Of a DNA stretch of 64,000 nucleotides, positions 1 through 9,773 are shown in pieces. The number at the start of each line of letters is the position of its first letter. The stretch's first letter is position 1. The position numbers and the translations under genes were made by a program. Under the pieces are notes generated by a model. It had not been told where the DNA came from. It ran no database searches and saw nothing but the letters and a program-made list of their open reading frames with translations. Origin of the DNA: an uncultured Bacteroidota bacterium (GTDB lineage Bacteria; Bacteroidota; Bacteroidia; Bacteroidales; JAAUTT01); the NCBI GenBank assembly GCA_963766305.1, contig CAVYAE010000034.1, positions 202,041 through 266,040 on the forward strand. The letters are read 5' to 3'.

Positions 1-360
1 AATTCTGTAAGTGCAGTGTTTATGGTAGTCTGGTACTTCAATATTATAATACTCAAGTGTTTGGTTCAGACAAGGGAAATCGAAAGATAATCCATTATGT
101 GCAACAACATGATTTTCTTTAATATATAATTCAATTTCCGGCCAAACCAGATTAAACGTTGGGGCTTTTATTGTATCATTAGGACTTATTCCATGGATGC
201 CAATAAATTTATTCCAATAATAATTATCAGGTGGTTGAACCAATAAGTTAATCTGTTTGGTTATTTTCATATCCTCAACCCTTACCAAACCAACCTGGCA
301 GATACTCCAGGGCTTTGGATGCGCTGTTTCAAAATCAATAGCGGTGAAGGATTGTATCAT
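1..360 (-). CDS. DnaQ-like DEDD 3'-5' exonuclease, N-terminal part (gene continues past window edge)
   Basis: Own translation of reverse strand from ATG at 360-358: MIQSFTAIDFETAHPKPWSICQVGLV...VVAHNGLSFDFPCL. AIDFET is the ExoI D-x-E motif and HNGLSFD is ExoII-like. Open-ended, so absent from ORF track. Confidence 0.7.
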   Translation of the reverse strand, partial: MIQSFTAIDFETAHPKPWSICQVGLVRVEDMKITKQINLLVQPPDNYYWNKFIGIHGISPNDTIKAPTFNLVWPEIELYIKENHVVAHNGLSFDFPCLNQTLEYYNIEVPDYHKHCTYRI

Positions 361-501
361 TTTTACCGTGAATTTTACGGATTAAATTTAATTAATTCAA
401 TATTATAAAGTAGGAGATAATTTTTTAATTATTTTAGACTTGTTTAAATTTTTCAATTAACTGTAAATAAATTTAAAACAAAAAAGAATATATATATAAT
501 T

Positions 502-957
502 ATGAACCCTAAATTAAAGACTCTGGACATTATGTTTTACATATCCATGATCATAGCAATACTTTCTGTGGTTTGCTACCACATATTGCAAAAAAATATA
601 TCCGCTTCGGTCAATCCAATAGTATCATTATTGATTACATATTCTGTTGCTATTGTATTTACTGTTATTTTATATTTTGTAATGCCTCAGAAACAAGGAA
701 TTATAGAATCTATTAAAAATGCCAATTATTCAAGCTATCTGTTGGGGATATCATGTGTACTCATTGAACTGGCCTATTTACTGATTTACCGTGATGGTTG
801 GAAATTAGGACTGGCTTCAATATTTTCTTCATCTTTTGTTAATATCATATTAATATTTACGGGTATCGCAATATTCAGGGAACATATTTCAGGGATTAAA
901 ATTATAGGTGTTATATTTTGTATAATCGGAATTATTTTAATCAATCTGAAGCAATAG
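502..957 (+). CDS. small EamA/DMT-like integral membrane transporter (single EamA-type domain)
   Basis: 151 aa, about 5 hydrophobic helices, EamA-like C-terminal pattern (GIKIIGVIFCIIGIILIN). Confidence 0.55.
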   Translation: MNPKLKTLDIMFYISMIIAILSVVCYHILQKNISASVNPIVSLLITYSVAIVFTVILYFVMPQKQGIIESIKNANYSSYLLGISCVLIELAYLLIYRDGWKLGLASIFSSSFVNIILIFTGIAIFREHISGIKIIGVIFCIIGIILINLKQ

Positions 958-1019
958 GAATTTCCTCTTTGCTACGGTACTGGAATAATTTAAGTGTTTG
1001 GATCATTGAGAAATTCTTT

Positions 1020-3305
1020 TTATTTAGGTATTGTAAAGAAAAACCTTGAACCTTCATCCTGCCTGTTCTCCACACAAATTGTACCTCCATGAAGCTCAAC
1101 AAATTCCTTACATAATTTAAGCCCAAAACCGGAACCCCTTTCTTCCATTAACCCGGGGTGGGAAACATACTCACTGACATTAAACAGTTTATCGACAAGG
1201 ATGGCGGGAATACCTATTCCATTATCACTTACAATAATTTTATGAAATTTCTCAAACTCTTCATTTGTTATGTTTATTTTACCATTAACAGGTGTATATT
1301 TTATTGCATTTGATACCAAATTACGGATAACACAACTAAACAAATCTACATCAGCGCTTATAAAGGCATCAGGGTTAATATCCAGTTCCAGTGATATATT
1401 TTTGTATTGCATTATAGTTTCGTACATGCTTATTGTTTCGATAATTGATTGACGCAATTCTATCCTGGTCTTTTTAGGGGAAATCCTGTTAAGTTTAGAA
1501 CGCGACCAGTGCAGTAGATTATCCATCAGGTGATAAGCATTTTTGGAAGATTCATCTAAAGCGGCAAGGGTTTTTTGAACATTTTCGGGAGTCATGATAC
1601 TGTATTTTTTAGACAGCACTTCGGCAAGGTTCTGAAACCAGTATAGCGGATTCCTTAATTCATGAGATATGATTGACAACAGTTTATCTTTTTCATCATT
1701 AGCATCATTTAATTCCTTATTGAGCTTTTCCAGGGCCAGGTTCTGACTTACTATTTTCTGGTTTAAGATTTCAAGCCCTTTGTTCGCTTTAGTTTTGCTA
1801 TAAAAACGATTATATAAATACAGACAGAACAGAATACTTGACAATAATAAGGCTGCAATCAACCACAGAAAGGTAGATTTCCTCTTTATTGTCATCTCAT
1901 TAAGATCATTTTCCTTTCGTAATACCTGGTTATCCTTTTCTTTTCTTTCATTATTATATGTTATCTGTAATAGTGCCAACTGACGGTTGTTTTCAACATT
2001 CAACAGTTTCTTTTCTGTAGCAAGCAATAACTCATGATATTTAAGTGCTGTTTTATAATCATTTAAATTTAAAAAACATTCATAAAGGCCCTTATAATTG
2101 TCGCGCAGTAATTCATCATAATTTAGCTGTTCTATGCTTTGTAAGCTTAATTTATAATTAGAAATTGCCTTATCTGTTAATAAATTATCCTTGTATAAGT
2201 CGCCCAAAGCCTGGCACGATTCAGCAATTCCAAGTTTATACCCGGCTTGTTTTGCCAGTTCAAAAGATTGAACAAGCAATTGTTCCGATTTTATTTTGTC
2301 TTTTTTAAGTAAATAAACTTTACCTAAATTGGCCAGTGCTTTTACAAGACCTTTCTTATAACCGGTTAGCCTGGAGTAGTCTGCCGATTTATTAAAATAT
2401 ATAAATGCACTGTCAGTTTTGTTTAATTCCAGATATGCTTTGCCAATATTGTTATACGATTTAGCCATCCCTTCAGTATTGTCCATGAAGTTCCTCAAAA
2501 TCAGAGCTTTTTTATGGAATTCGAGCGATTTCTCATATTGATAGGTTTGAAGATACAATCCTCCAAGGTAATTACAAACCTCAGCAGCCATAAGATTATC
2601 CTTGATTTTTTCACTTATGGCATATGCCTCCTGGTAACACTGAAATGCTGCTATTACATTACCTTCTCCTATATAGTATTTCCCTTCAGTATTTAAAATA
2701 TATGCTGTTTGGTTAAAATCGCCGGCAGCTCTGGATATTTTAAGAGCCTGGTGCAAGTAATTCAAAGCCTTGTCAAAATGACCGTTAACCATATAATATT
2801 TACCAATATAGGTTAGAGCAACCGAAGTATGTTCATTGGCATTACTATTATCTGTATACTTTAAAACTTTATTAAAATAATTAAATGAAGTATCGTACTG
2901 ACCCCAGTTATAAAACAGCTTGCCTATTTCTAGATTTGCATTTGATACCTGTGGAAAGTAATTATTTATTTGTGCTGTATGTAACGCTTCTTTATATAAT
3001 TTATACGCCTGCTGTGTCTCGCCTTTTATATTTTTTATATCTCCCGATATTAACAAGCTTTGAACAATATACAGCTTATTATCACACAGTCTGGCAAGTT
3101 TCAGCGCTTTATCAGCATAAAGAAATGCCGTATCAGGTGCATGGGTCAGAAGAGATGAAGCATTGTCAATTAGATTTTTAATACTTTGTGATTTTGATAT
3201 AACGGAATTTTCCCTTTTAGTATTTCTGGTTAAGGGCATTAAAAGAATAAACAGAATAAAAAACCCGGTAAATAATAGATAAAAATATGATTCCTTAATT
3301 TTCAT
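1020..3305 (-). CDS. TPR-repeat sensor histidine kinase
   Basis: N-terminal TM, about 450 aa of TPR-like repeats, second TM, coiled coil, HisKA H-box (SIISHELRNPL), HATPase_c (NAIKYT, DNGIGIP, GSGFGLKLC). Start codon abuts the stop of the regulator gene. Confidence 0.9.
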   Translation of the reverse strand: MKIKESYFYLLFTGFFILFILLMPLTRNTKRENSVISKSQSIKNLIDNASSLLTHAPDTAFLYADKALKLARLCDNKLYIVQSLLISGDIKNIKGETQQAYKLYKEALHTAQINNYFPQVSNANLEIGKLFYNWGQYDTSFNYFNKVLKYTDNSNANEHTSVALTYIGKYYMVNGHFDKALNYLHQALKISRAAGDFNQTAYILNTEGKYYIGEGNVIAAFQCYQEAYAISEKIKDNLMAAEVCNYLGGLYLQTYQYEKSLEFHKKALILRNFMDNTEGMAKSYNNIGKAYLELNKTDSAFIYFNKSADYSRLTGYKKGLVKALANLGKVYLLKKDKIKSEQLLVQSFELAKQAGYKLGIAESCQALGDLYKDNLLTDKAISNYKLSLQSIEQLNYDELLRDNYKGLYECFLNLNDYKTALKYHELLLATEKKLLNVENNRQLALLQITYNNERKEKDNQVLRKENDLNEMTIKRKSTFLWLIAALLLSSILFCLYLYNRFYSKTKANKGLEILNQKIVSQNLALEKLNKELNDANDEKDKLLSIISHELRNPLYWFQNLAEVLSKKYSIMTPENVQKTLAALDESSKNAYHLMDNLLHWSRSKLNRISPKKTRIELRQSIIETISMYETIMQYKNISLELDINPDAFISADVDLFSCVIRNLVSNAIKYTPVNGKINITNEEFEKFHKIIVSDNGIGIPAILVDKLFNVSEYVSHPGLMEERGSGFGLKLCKEFVELHGGTICVENRQDEGSRFFFTIPK

Positions 3306-3956
3306 TTAGTGAATAATGCCGGATTGGATTGCATATCTTGTAAGTTCGGTATTGGCCGACATCTTCATTTTCTTTAAAATATTGTTTCTGTGATTACTTA
3401 AAGTATTTATGCTGATATCAAGTTTTTCGGCAATTTCTGTTTTACGCATACCGTCAGCCAGAAGGCAGAAAATCTGAAATTCCCTGTCGGTGAGTAATTC
3501 ATGTACAGCAACTTCTTTGTTTTGTGAAAGAGATATATATTCGGCCATAATCTCCGCCTGCTGAGGAGATATATATTTCCTCCCGGAAGCTACAATATGT
3601 AATATTTCAATAATCTGGGTCAAATTTGTTTCCTTGTTTATAAAGGCTGCAGCTCCATTACTCAGCATTCTTACTGCATAAACTTCATTGAAATTCATGG
3701 AATAAATAACTACCTGAACTGATGGCCAGGTCGATTTTATTTCTTTTAATACATCCATTGCATCCTTACCGGGCATAGATATATCAAGAATGACCATATC
3801 AAAAGTATTTTCCCTGAGTTTGTCCAGGAGCTCCTGTCCATTTCTGGCTTCCTCCACAATTCTTAAATCGTGGGTTTCTTCAAGTATCAATTGTAGCCCG
3901 GTTCTTACAACTGCATGATCATCAGCAATAATAATTTTAATTTTTCCCTCTTTCAC
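3306..3956 (-). CDS. NarL/LuxR-family response regulator (REC + HTH_LuxR)
   Basis: IIIADDH...DMVILDISMPG receiver motifs; C-terminal LTDREFQIFCLLADGMRKTEIAEKLDISINTLSNHRNNILKKM LuxR HTH; GTG start. Confidence 0.9.
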   Translation of the reverse strand: MKEGKIKIIIADDHAVVRTGLQLILEETHDLRIVEEARNGQELLDKLRENTFDMVILDISMPGKDAMDVLKEIKSTWPSVQVVIYSMNFNEVYAVRMLSNGAAAFINKETNLTQIIEILHIVASGRKYISPQQAEIMAEYISLSQNKEVAVHELLTDREFQIFCLLADGMRKTEIAEKLDISINTLSNHRNNILKKMKMSANTELTRYAIQSGIIH

Positions 3957-3957
3957 A

Positions 3958-4112
3958 GTAAATAATTTTTCTTAAAAAGATGGGTGGAACTCACATTTGG
4001 TTTTTGCATTGTCTTTTGTGTTTTTTAATATAAATGCTCGTTCAATCCGTAAATAATTTTTCTTAAAAAGGTAGCGTGGAACTCACAGAAATTTACAATA
4101 GTTTTTGTGTTC
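3958..4112. repeat. about 91-bp tandem direct duplication of the regulator gene's 5' flank
   Basis: GTAAATAATTTTTCTTAAAAAG identical at 3958-3979 and 4049-4070; GTGGAACTCACA at 3984-3995 and 4076-4087; flanks diverge. Confidence 0.75.
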
Positions 4113-4470
4113 ATTCTTACAGTTGTTCGTTTCATACTTCTTCAGGATAGAAGATAAAGATATTTTAACCATTTTATCTTAAAATTATGTAAGTGTTAAT
4201 TTAATCTTAAATTAAGCTTATGTACAAAGCTAAATATTAATTAATAGTTATGTTTTTACTCTCTAATACTAAATTCATATTTATAATATTTATGCTGTCA
4301 ACTAATTAGAATCATATAGTAATAATTACTATCCGCTTAATGTTATTTTGACTATTGATGTCTGGCAATTGGCTACCTAATTTCACCTCCTGTTTATTAC
4401 CTGATTCCAATTAACACCATTTTAAAGTTTAAACAATTAGCAATTCTTTAATTACCTCAACCATTATTTC

Positions 4471-7422
4471 ATGAATAGCCTTTCTCAATTTTTTACTTGC
4501 AAGGTTAAAGATTTTAAAATTATTGAAAACAGGAACACATTAACTGTAACTTATTCATATTTTGTAAATTATAATGTATTTAAAGTTGTTTTACTCTTAT
4601 CGGTATTTTTATTTTGTTCACTGCAATTAACTGTATTATATGCAGCTACAATAAAAGGACATGTAATAGACTCTGATACCCGCGAGCCACTGGTTGGTAC
4701 TACTGTTTACATTGAAAAAGGTAATTACTATTCAGTTGCCGATGGTTATGGCAATTACTTTATTACAGGCCTTTCTCCGGGAACCTATGAATTGCAAACC
4801 AGGGGCCTGGGATATGACAACTCCCTGGTAAAATCTATTACCATTTCTAAGGATAATGATAAGGTTGAATTCGATTTTTACCTTAAAGCAACTTCCACTT
4901 CTATAAACGAAGTTGTAATAACCAGTACCCGGAACAAAGCTACTGAGCAAAGTGCCAGGTATACCGAACAGGTGGCACCAAATATTATGAATGTTATTTC
5001 AGCACGAACCATAGAATTGTCACCCGATTTGAATGTTGCCAACGTGGTGCAGAGGCTTTCAGGTATAACCCTTGACAAAAGTACTACAGGAATTGGGCAG
5101 TATGCAATATTAAGAGGGATGGACAAAAGATACAGTTACACTTTGGTAAACGGGATAAAAATACCAAGCACCAGTGATCAGCACAGGTATGTCCCTCTTG
5201 ACATATTTCCTTCCGACCTGGTAGACAGGATTGAAGTAACCAAAGCCCTTACACCTGACATGGAAGGCGATGCCATAGGAGGAGTTATAAACTTAATAAT
5301 GAAAAATGCTCCGGATAAATTTTTGTTTAATGCAAACTTTTCTGTTGGCTATAACCAGTTCTGGTATGACAAGAGCACCTACAGCTACGGTTATAACAAT
5401 GCCTGGGGCGATCATACCTTTGAAACTTTTTTTGTTTCTCCTATAAATTTTCAATCTCCCTGGGAAATTCATGGCCCTACCTATGTAGCTAAGTTATCCG
5501 ATTTCCCAACTGAAAATTTAACCCCAAAGATAGTCCTGAACCCATATAATAAAGATGCCAGCATGGCCATTGGCAACCGCTTTTTCAAACACAGGCTTGG
5601 TTTAATTGTTGCCGGCAGTTATCAAAGCTCCTACAAAGGCACTGAAAGCTTATTTTTTGACATTGGCATAGATAATAATGTCGACAAGGGTAAACCATTG
5701 GTTTCAGGCCTTAATAACCGTACTTATTCATCAAAGGTTGAAAATTACGGATTACACAGTAAAATTGACTACCAGATAAACAATAACCATAATATAAAAT
5801 TATATGCGGCTTACATGAATTTTGTGCTCACCAGGGTAAGACAGACTACCGATCTTGATTTAAGCCTGAATTACAGTCCGGTTGACAGTACATTTAGTAA
5901 AACTTTCGAAACACAGCTGCAATATAACCTTCAAACTTTGTTTAACACTACCTTACAGGGTGAACATAAGTGTTTTAACAGGCTGATCTTAGAATGGTCA
6001 GCTGTATATTCACTGGCAACAAACCGCACTCCCGACCAGGCTACAATAACCTCAGGCCAGGTAAAAGAACAGGTAGGCAAGGTTAATGTTTTGCAACCAT
6101 TATATATTGATCCTCAAGCAGGGGTTCAGGACCTGTGGAGAAGAAATTCCGACCAGGATAAATCGGGCTATATCGATTTAAAGTATGACGCAAACCTTTT
6201 TGGGCATTCAATAGAGTTTTCCACTGGAGGATTATACAGGGAAAAAACCAGGACCAGCTTTTACAACGCGTATACTATAATACCTTATTTTGGTAAGTTT
6301 GCATATTACCCTACCAGCTGGACAACATTTACAAACGTGCCATGGAATAAAGTGACACAGCCAACAGGTACTGTAGCTTCAGCCGAAACTTTTGATGCAC
6401 GTGAAAATACAGGGGCCTGGTATGGAATGTTTTCCTACAGTTCCAAACATCTGCAGATAAAGGGAGGGTTGCGCATAGAAAACACCTTGCAGGGTTATCA
6501 TACATTTTATGTCATTGCCAGGGATTCACAAAACGTAAATTTTTTAACCGAGGACTTTTTACCAAGCATCCATTTTAAGTATACTCCATTTACAAATCAG
6601 AACTTCAGGTTATCCTATTACAGGGCTATTAATAAACCAGGGTTTCTTGAGATAGTTCCCTGCCCTATTGTAGGGGATGACTTTACAACTATTGGTAATT
6701 CAAATCTCCGCAGGGCCATAGCAGACAATTTTGATTTTCGCTGGGAATTTTTCCCAAAAGGACTGGATCAGATCATGATAGGCATCTTTTATAAAAATAT
6801 AAAAGGAGCTATAGAAAATGAATTTGAACCTATCAACTCCAATCAGAATGCATTTGACCTAACCCCTGAAAATATTCCACATGCAGTCAATTATGGTCTG
6901 GAAATTGACCTGGTCAAATACCTTGGCAACTTTGGAGTAAAGGCCAATTATACCTATACAAGTTCCAACATTACAACTAATGTTGAAACACACTTTAACA
7001 GTGTTCTGAAACACGATTCGATTGGTTATATAACGGAAAAAAGACCTTTGTACGGTCAGGCAGCCAATTGCGGGAACCTGTCGCTCATGTACAGAAATGA
7101 GAAATTAGGAGCCTATGCGCAATTGGCACTTACATATACAGGAGACAGGATATATGCTGTATCGCCATATGCTTATAACGATCAATGGGAGAAAGGCTTT
7201 TGGCAGATGGATGCTTCAGCTGAAAAAAAAATAAATAAAAACTTCACAATTTTTGCCAAGGCACATAATTTATTAAATACCAGGACGATAGTCTATATCA
7301 AAGCCACAGATACCCTGAATAATAATAAACCATTTCAATCAGCTACCGAAAGTACCACAACGGTGCGTAACGAATTTTCCGAACCCTCATATTTAATAGG
7401 ATTCAGGTGTAAATTCAATTAA
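4471..7422 (+). CDS. TonB-dependent outer-membrane receptor with N-terminal carboxypeptidase-regulatory-like domain
   Basis: Signal peptide, IKGHVIDSDTREPLVGTTVYI (CarbopepD_reg), plug region (RLSGITLDK, ILRGMDKRYS), long beta-barrel ending in aromatic C-terminus (IGFRCKFN). No adjacent SusD-like gene. Confidence 0.9.
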   Translation: MNSLSQFFTCKVKDFKIIENRNTLTVTYSYFVNYNVFKVVLLLSVFLFCSLQLTVLYAATIKGHVIDSDTREPLVGTTVYIEKGNYYSVADGYGNYFITGLSPGTYELQTRGLGYDNSLVKSITISKDNDKVEFDFYLKATSTSINEVVITSTRNKATEQSARYTEQVAPNIMNVISARTIELSPDLNVANVVQRLSGITLDKSTTGIGQYAILRGMDKRYSYTLVNGIKIPSTSDQHRYVPLDIFPSDLVDRIEVTKALTPDMEGDAIGGVINLIMKNAPDKFLFNANFSVGYNQFWYDKSTYSYGYNNAWGDHTFETFFVSPINFQSPWEIHGPTYVAKLSDFPTENLTPKIVLNPYNKDASMAIGNRFFKHRLGLIVAGSYQSSYKGTESLFFDIGIDNNVDKGKPLVSGLNNRTYSSKVENYGLHSKIDYQINNNHNIKLYAAYMNFVLTRVRQTTDLDLSLNYSPVDSTFSKTFETQLQYNLQTLFNTTLQGEHKCFNRLILEWSAVYSLATNRTPDQATITSGQVKEQVGKVNVLQPLYIDPQAGVQDLWRRNSDQDKSGYIDLKYDANLFGHSIEFSTGGLYREKTRTSFYNAYTIIPYFGKFAYYPTSWTTFTNVPWNKVTQPTGTVASAETFDARENTGAWYGMFSYSSKHLQIKGGLRIENTLQGYHTFYVIARDSQNVNFLTEDFLPSIHFKYTPFTNQNFRLSYYRAINKPGFLEIVPCPIVGDDFTTIGNSNLRRAIADNFDFRWEFFPKGLDQIMIGIFYKNIKGAIENEFEPINSNQNAFDLTPENIPHAVNYGLEIDLVKYLGNFGVKANYTYTSSNITTNVETHFNSVLKHDSIGYITEKRPLYGQAANCGNLSLMYRNEKLGAYAQLALTYTGDRIYAVSPYAYNDQWEKGFWQMDASAEKKINKNFTIFAKAHNLLNTRTIVYIKATDTLNNNKPFQSATESTTTVRNEFSEPSYLIGFRCKFN

Positions 7423-7474
7423 GATTAATAATAATGCTTTATAACAATAAATTAATAATTAAAAACGTAATTCT

Positions 7475-9598
7475 ATGAAAAAAACAACTTTACTTTTTTT
7501 AGGCATCTTAATGTCAGCAATGAGTGCAATGTACGCAGGCACGTACACGCCACCCCAATACGAGGATACTGTATCCGGCGTTTGGAAAACAGGTTCGACC
7601 ATCAGGCTCTTTAACAGTATACTTATTCCTCCGGGAAAATCCTTGACAATTGAGCCGGGTGTCACTGTTCTTATTTGTGATACTGGAACTGTAACAAGCA
7701 GAAATCAGTCGGGTAACAAAATTGAAATCGATGTACTGGGCGATTTTTATTGCCTTGGAACCGCTGCTCAGCCTAACTTAATAAAGGTTAACGACAGTTT
7801 GTTAAATCCTAATTCCTATGGTCCATACGGACAATACTGGGGTTCAATATTTACCGATACCAGCTGCCACGAATTTGTGTTCCTGTACACAGATATGAGC
7901 AATACCGGCTATGTAACTACCAGTACTTCTTACTCAGTACAACTTGGACTTTTTAAGGCTGCAGCCGGTGAAACCACACCTGAAATCTGCTACAGAGGCG
8001 GTATGGGAGTAAATGGCGGGACAACACCTCATGGTAAACTGGTTGTTGAACACAATACATTTCACAACACATCTGATGACTGTGTTTATGTACAGGGTGG
8101 AAACATCTTAATAGCATACAATACAGTTTATACAGAAGGTGAAACCGGTGGTGACTGCTTTGATATAAAATCAGGTTCATGGGGTGATATATGCTACAAC
8201 CTTATTTACAACCCTAATACAAATGGCGTTAAACTGGCCAACACCGGGGGTTTCAACCCGACAATCGATATAAATGCATACAATAATACCATAGTTAAAG
8301 CCGGCTGGAGAAGACCATCAGTTAAAGGTGGCAGTATGTGGATAGAATCAGCTGCTATCGGGTTCTTTTATGATAACCTTATTTTAGATTGCCGATATGG
8401 TTTAAAGAACAACGCATCCAGTGGTGGTGCTGATACTTCTTCCCGCTGGGATTACCAGTATTATTTCAACCATTCACAGCTTGGTATAGACCAGGAACAG
8501 CCACTTGCAGATGGTGGACCAACTGATGTGGTTGCAGGTCCCCATGATGTAAGAGATTCTTCTTTAAAAGCAAATAGCAGGATTGACCCTTTGTTTGTTA
8601 ACTACACCCCTGGTGATAGTTCAGTAGCTGTTGGAACTCAGGGTTTCTGGCTCGATTCAACGTATAATACCAAATACGATTTTCATCTTAGAAAAGGTTC
8701 TCCTGCAATTGGCAAAGGCACAACCAAAGTACCAAGTTTCTGGAATGTAACTCCTATAACTTTTACCGAGCATAACCCTGCATCGTATAATTCTCCTGCA
8801 GCCAATGCAACACCTGGTGCATTTGGAGTATTAGGAATTCAGATTTCTCCGAAACCAGTAACTTTAGCTAACGGAAAAACTGTAACACTTACTGCAACAA
8901 CTACCCCGGACACACTATCTTATACCTGGAGTACTTCAAACTCTGCAGTTGCCACTGTAAACGCAAGCGGATTAGTTACAGCATTAAAAACCGGAACAAC
9001 TAAAATATATGCAATTTCTAAAAGCCAGAATCTGGTTTACGACTCCTGTATGGTTTCAGTTTTCACCCCGGTAACCGCTATCAATCTTAATCCTTTGACC
9101 TTAACTTTGAAGGTAGACAGCATTAAACCATTAAATGCAACTGTAACGCCAACTTATGCAGATACCATTTCTGTTACATGGAATTCATCAAAAACTTCCG
9201 TTGCTACAGTAGATGCTAATGGAAATGTAAAAGGAGTTAGTCCCGGTACAGCTTATATCAGAGTAATTTCTAACAGCAATAATTCAATTAAGGATAGCAG
9301 TATGGTAACAGTTATTAACTCTACCGCTATTCTTACTGCTGAAGGAAATGTATCGAACCTGTCTGTTTATCCAAACCCTGCCAATACTGATTTGAACATT
9401 AAGTTTAACGCTACTGAAGAAAGATCAACTATTTCAGTTTATTCACTTGTTGGTCAGGCTATTATAAGTACTTCCGTTTCGAATAGTACAGGAGAGGTGA
9501 CCCACACCTTATCTGTTGATGGACTTGCAAAAGGTTTATATATAATCAGAGTCCAAAACGGGGATCAGACCTTAACACAGAAGTTTATTAAACAATAA
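7475..9598 (+). CDS. secreted right-handed beta-helix protein with two Big_2 Ig-like domains and T9SS C-terminal sorting domain
   Basis: Signal peptide; repetitive beta-helix-like N-terminal two-thirds; two VTLTATTTP.../SSNSAVATVNASGLVTA-type Big_2 modules; C-terminus VYPNPANTDLNIKF...GLYIIRVQNG. Confidence 0.75.
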   Translation: MKKTTLLFLGILMSAMSAMYAGTYTPPQYEDTVSGVWKTGSTIRLFNSILIPPGKSLTIEPGVTVLICDTGTVTSRNQSGNKIEIDVLGDFYCLGTAAQPNLIKVNDSLLNPNSYGPYGQYWGSIFTDTSCHEFVFLYTDMSNTGYVTTSTSYSVQLGLFKAAAGETTPEICYRGGMGVNGGTTPHGKLVVEHNTFHNTSDDCVYVQGGNILIAYNTVYTEGETGGDCFDIKSGSWGDICYNLIYNPNTNGVKLANTGGFNPTIDINAYNNTIVKAGWRRPSVKGGSMWIESAAIGFFYDNLILDCRYGLKNNASSGGADTSSRWDYQYYFNHSQLGIDQEQPLADGGPTDVVAGPHDVRDSSLKANSRIDPLFVNYTPGDSSVAVGTQGFWLDSTYNTKYDFHLRKGSPAIGKGTTKVPSFWNVTPITFTEHNPASYNSPAANATPGAFGVLGIQISPKPVTLANGKTVTLTATTTPDTLSYTWSTSNSAVATVNASGLVTALKTGTTKIYAISKSQNLVYDSCMVSVFTPVTAINLNPLTLTLKVDSIKPLNATVTPTYADTISVTWNSSKTSVATVDANGNVKGVSPGTAYIRVISNSNNSIKDSSMVTVINSTAILTAEGNVSNLSVYPNPANTDLNIKFNATEERSTISVYSLVGQAIISTSVSNSTGEVTHTLSVDGLAKGLYIIRVQNGDQTLTQKFIKQ

Positions 9599-9615
9599 GC
9601 TTATAAATATTTATT

Positions 9616-9650
9616 AAAACCGGAATACAAATAAAGTATTCCGGTTTTTT
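9616..9650 (+). terminator. Rho-independent terminator
   Basis: CCGGAATAC / GTATTCCGG 9-bp stem (9620-9628, 9636-9644), 7-nt loop, followed by T6; 18 nt after the stop at 9598. Confidence 0.75.
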
Positions 9651-9773
9651 AATGTGTTTTTTCACCGTCTTATATAAATTAATAAAATGAAACAAGCATG
9701 TAAATATTTAAACACAAACACGAATAAGAATAATGCGAGTTCCGTCCGACCAATTAAATCTATTTATTTCCGG

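Noticed and set aside
3984-4087. Reading GGAACTC on the + strand as an ECF-sigma -35 box driving the TonB receptor gene
   Set aside because: At the other two sites with the same extended motif (9737, 19868), that orientation would point into the 3' end of an upstream gene. Only the sense orientation gives a consistent picture. The motif is also more than 380 nt from the receptor start.
9687-9773. N-terminal 29-codon extension of the phosphatase ORF
   Set aside because: It is a low-complexity Asn/Lys-rich sequence preceding a clean signal peptide at Met30, and the region carries two conserved non-coding motifs.
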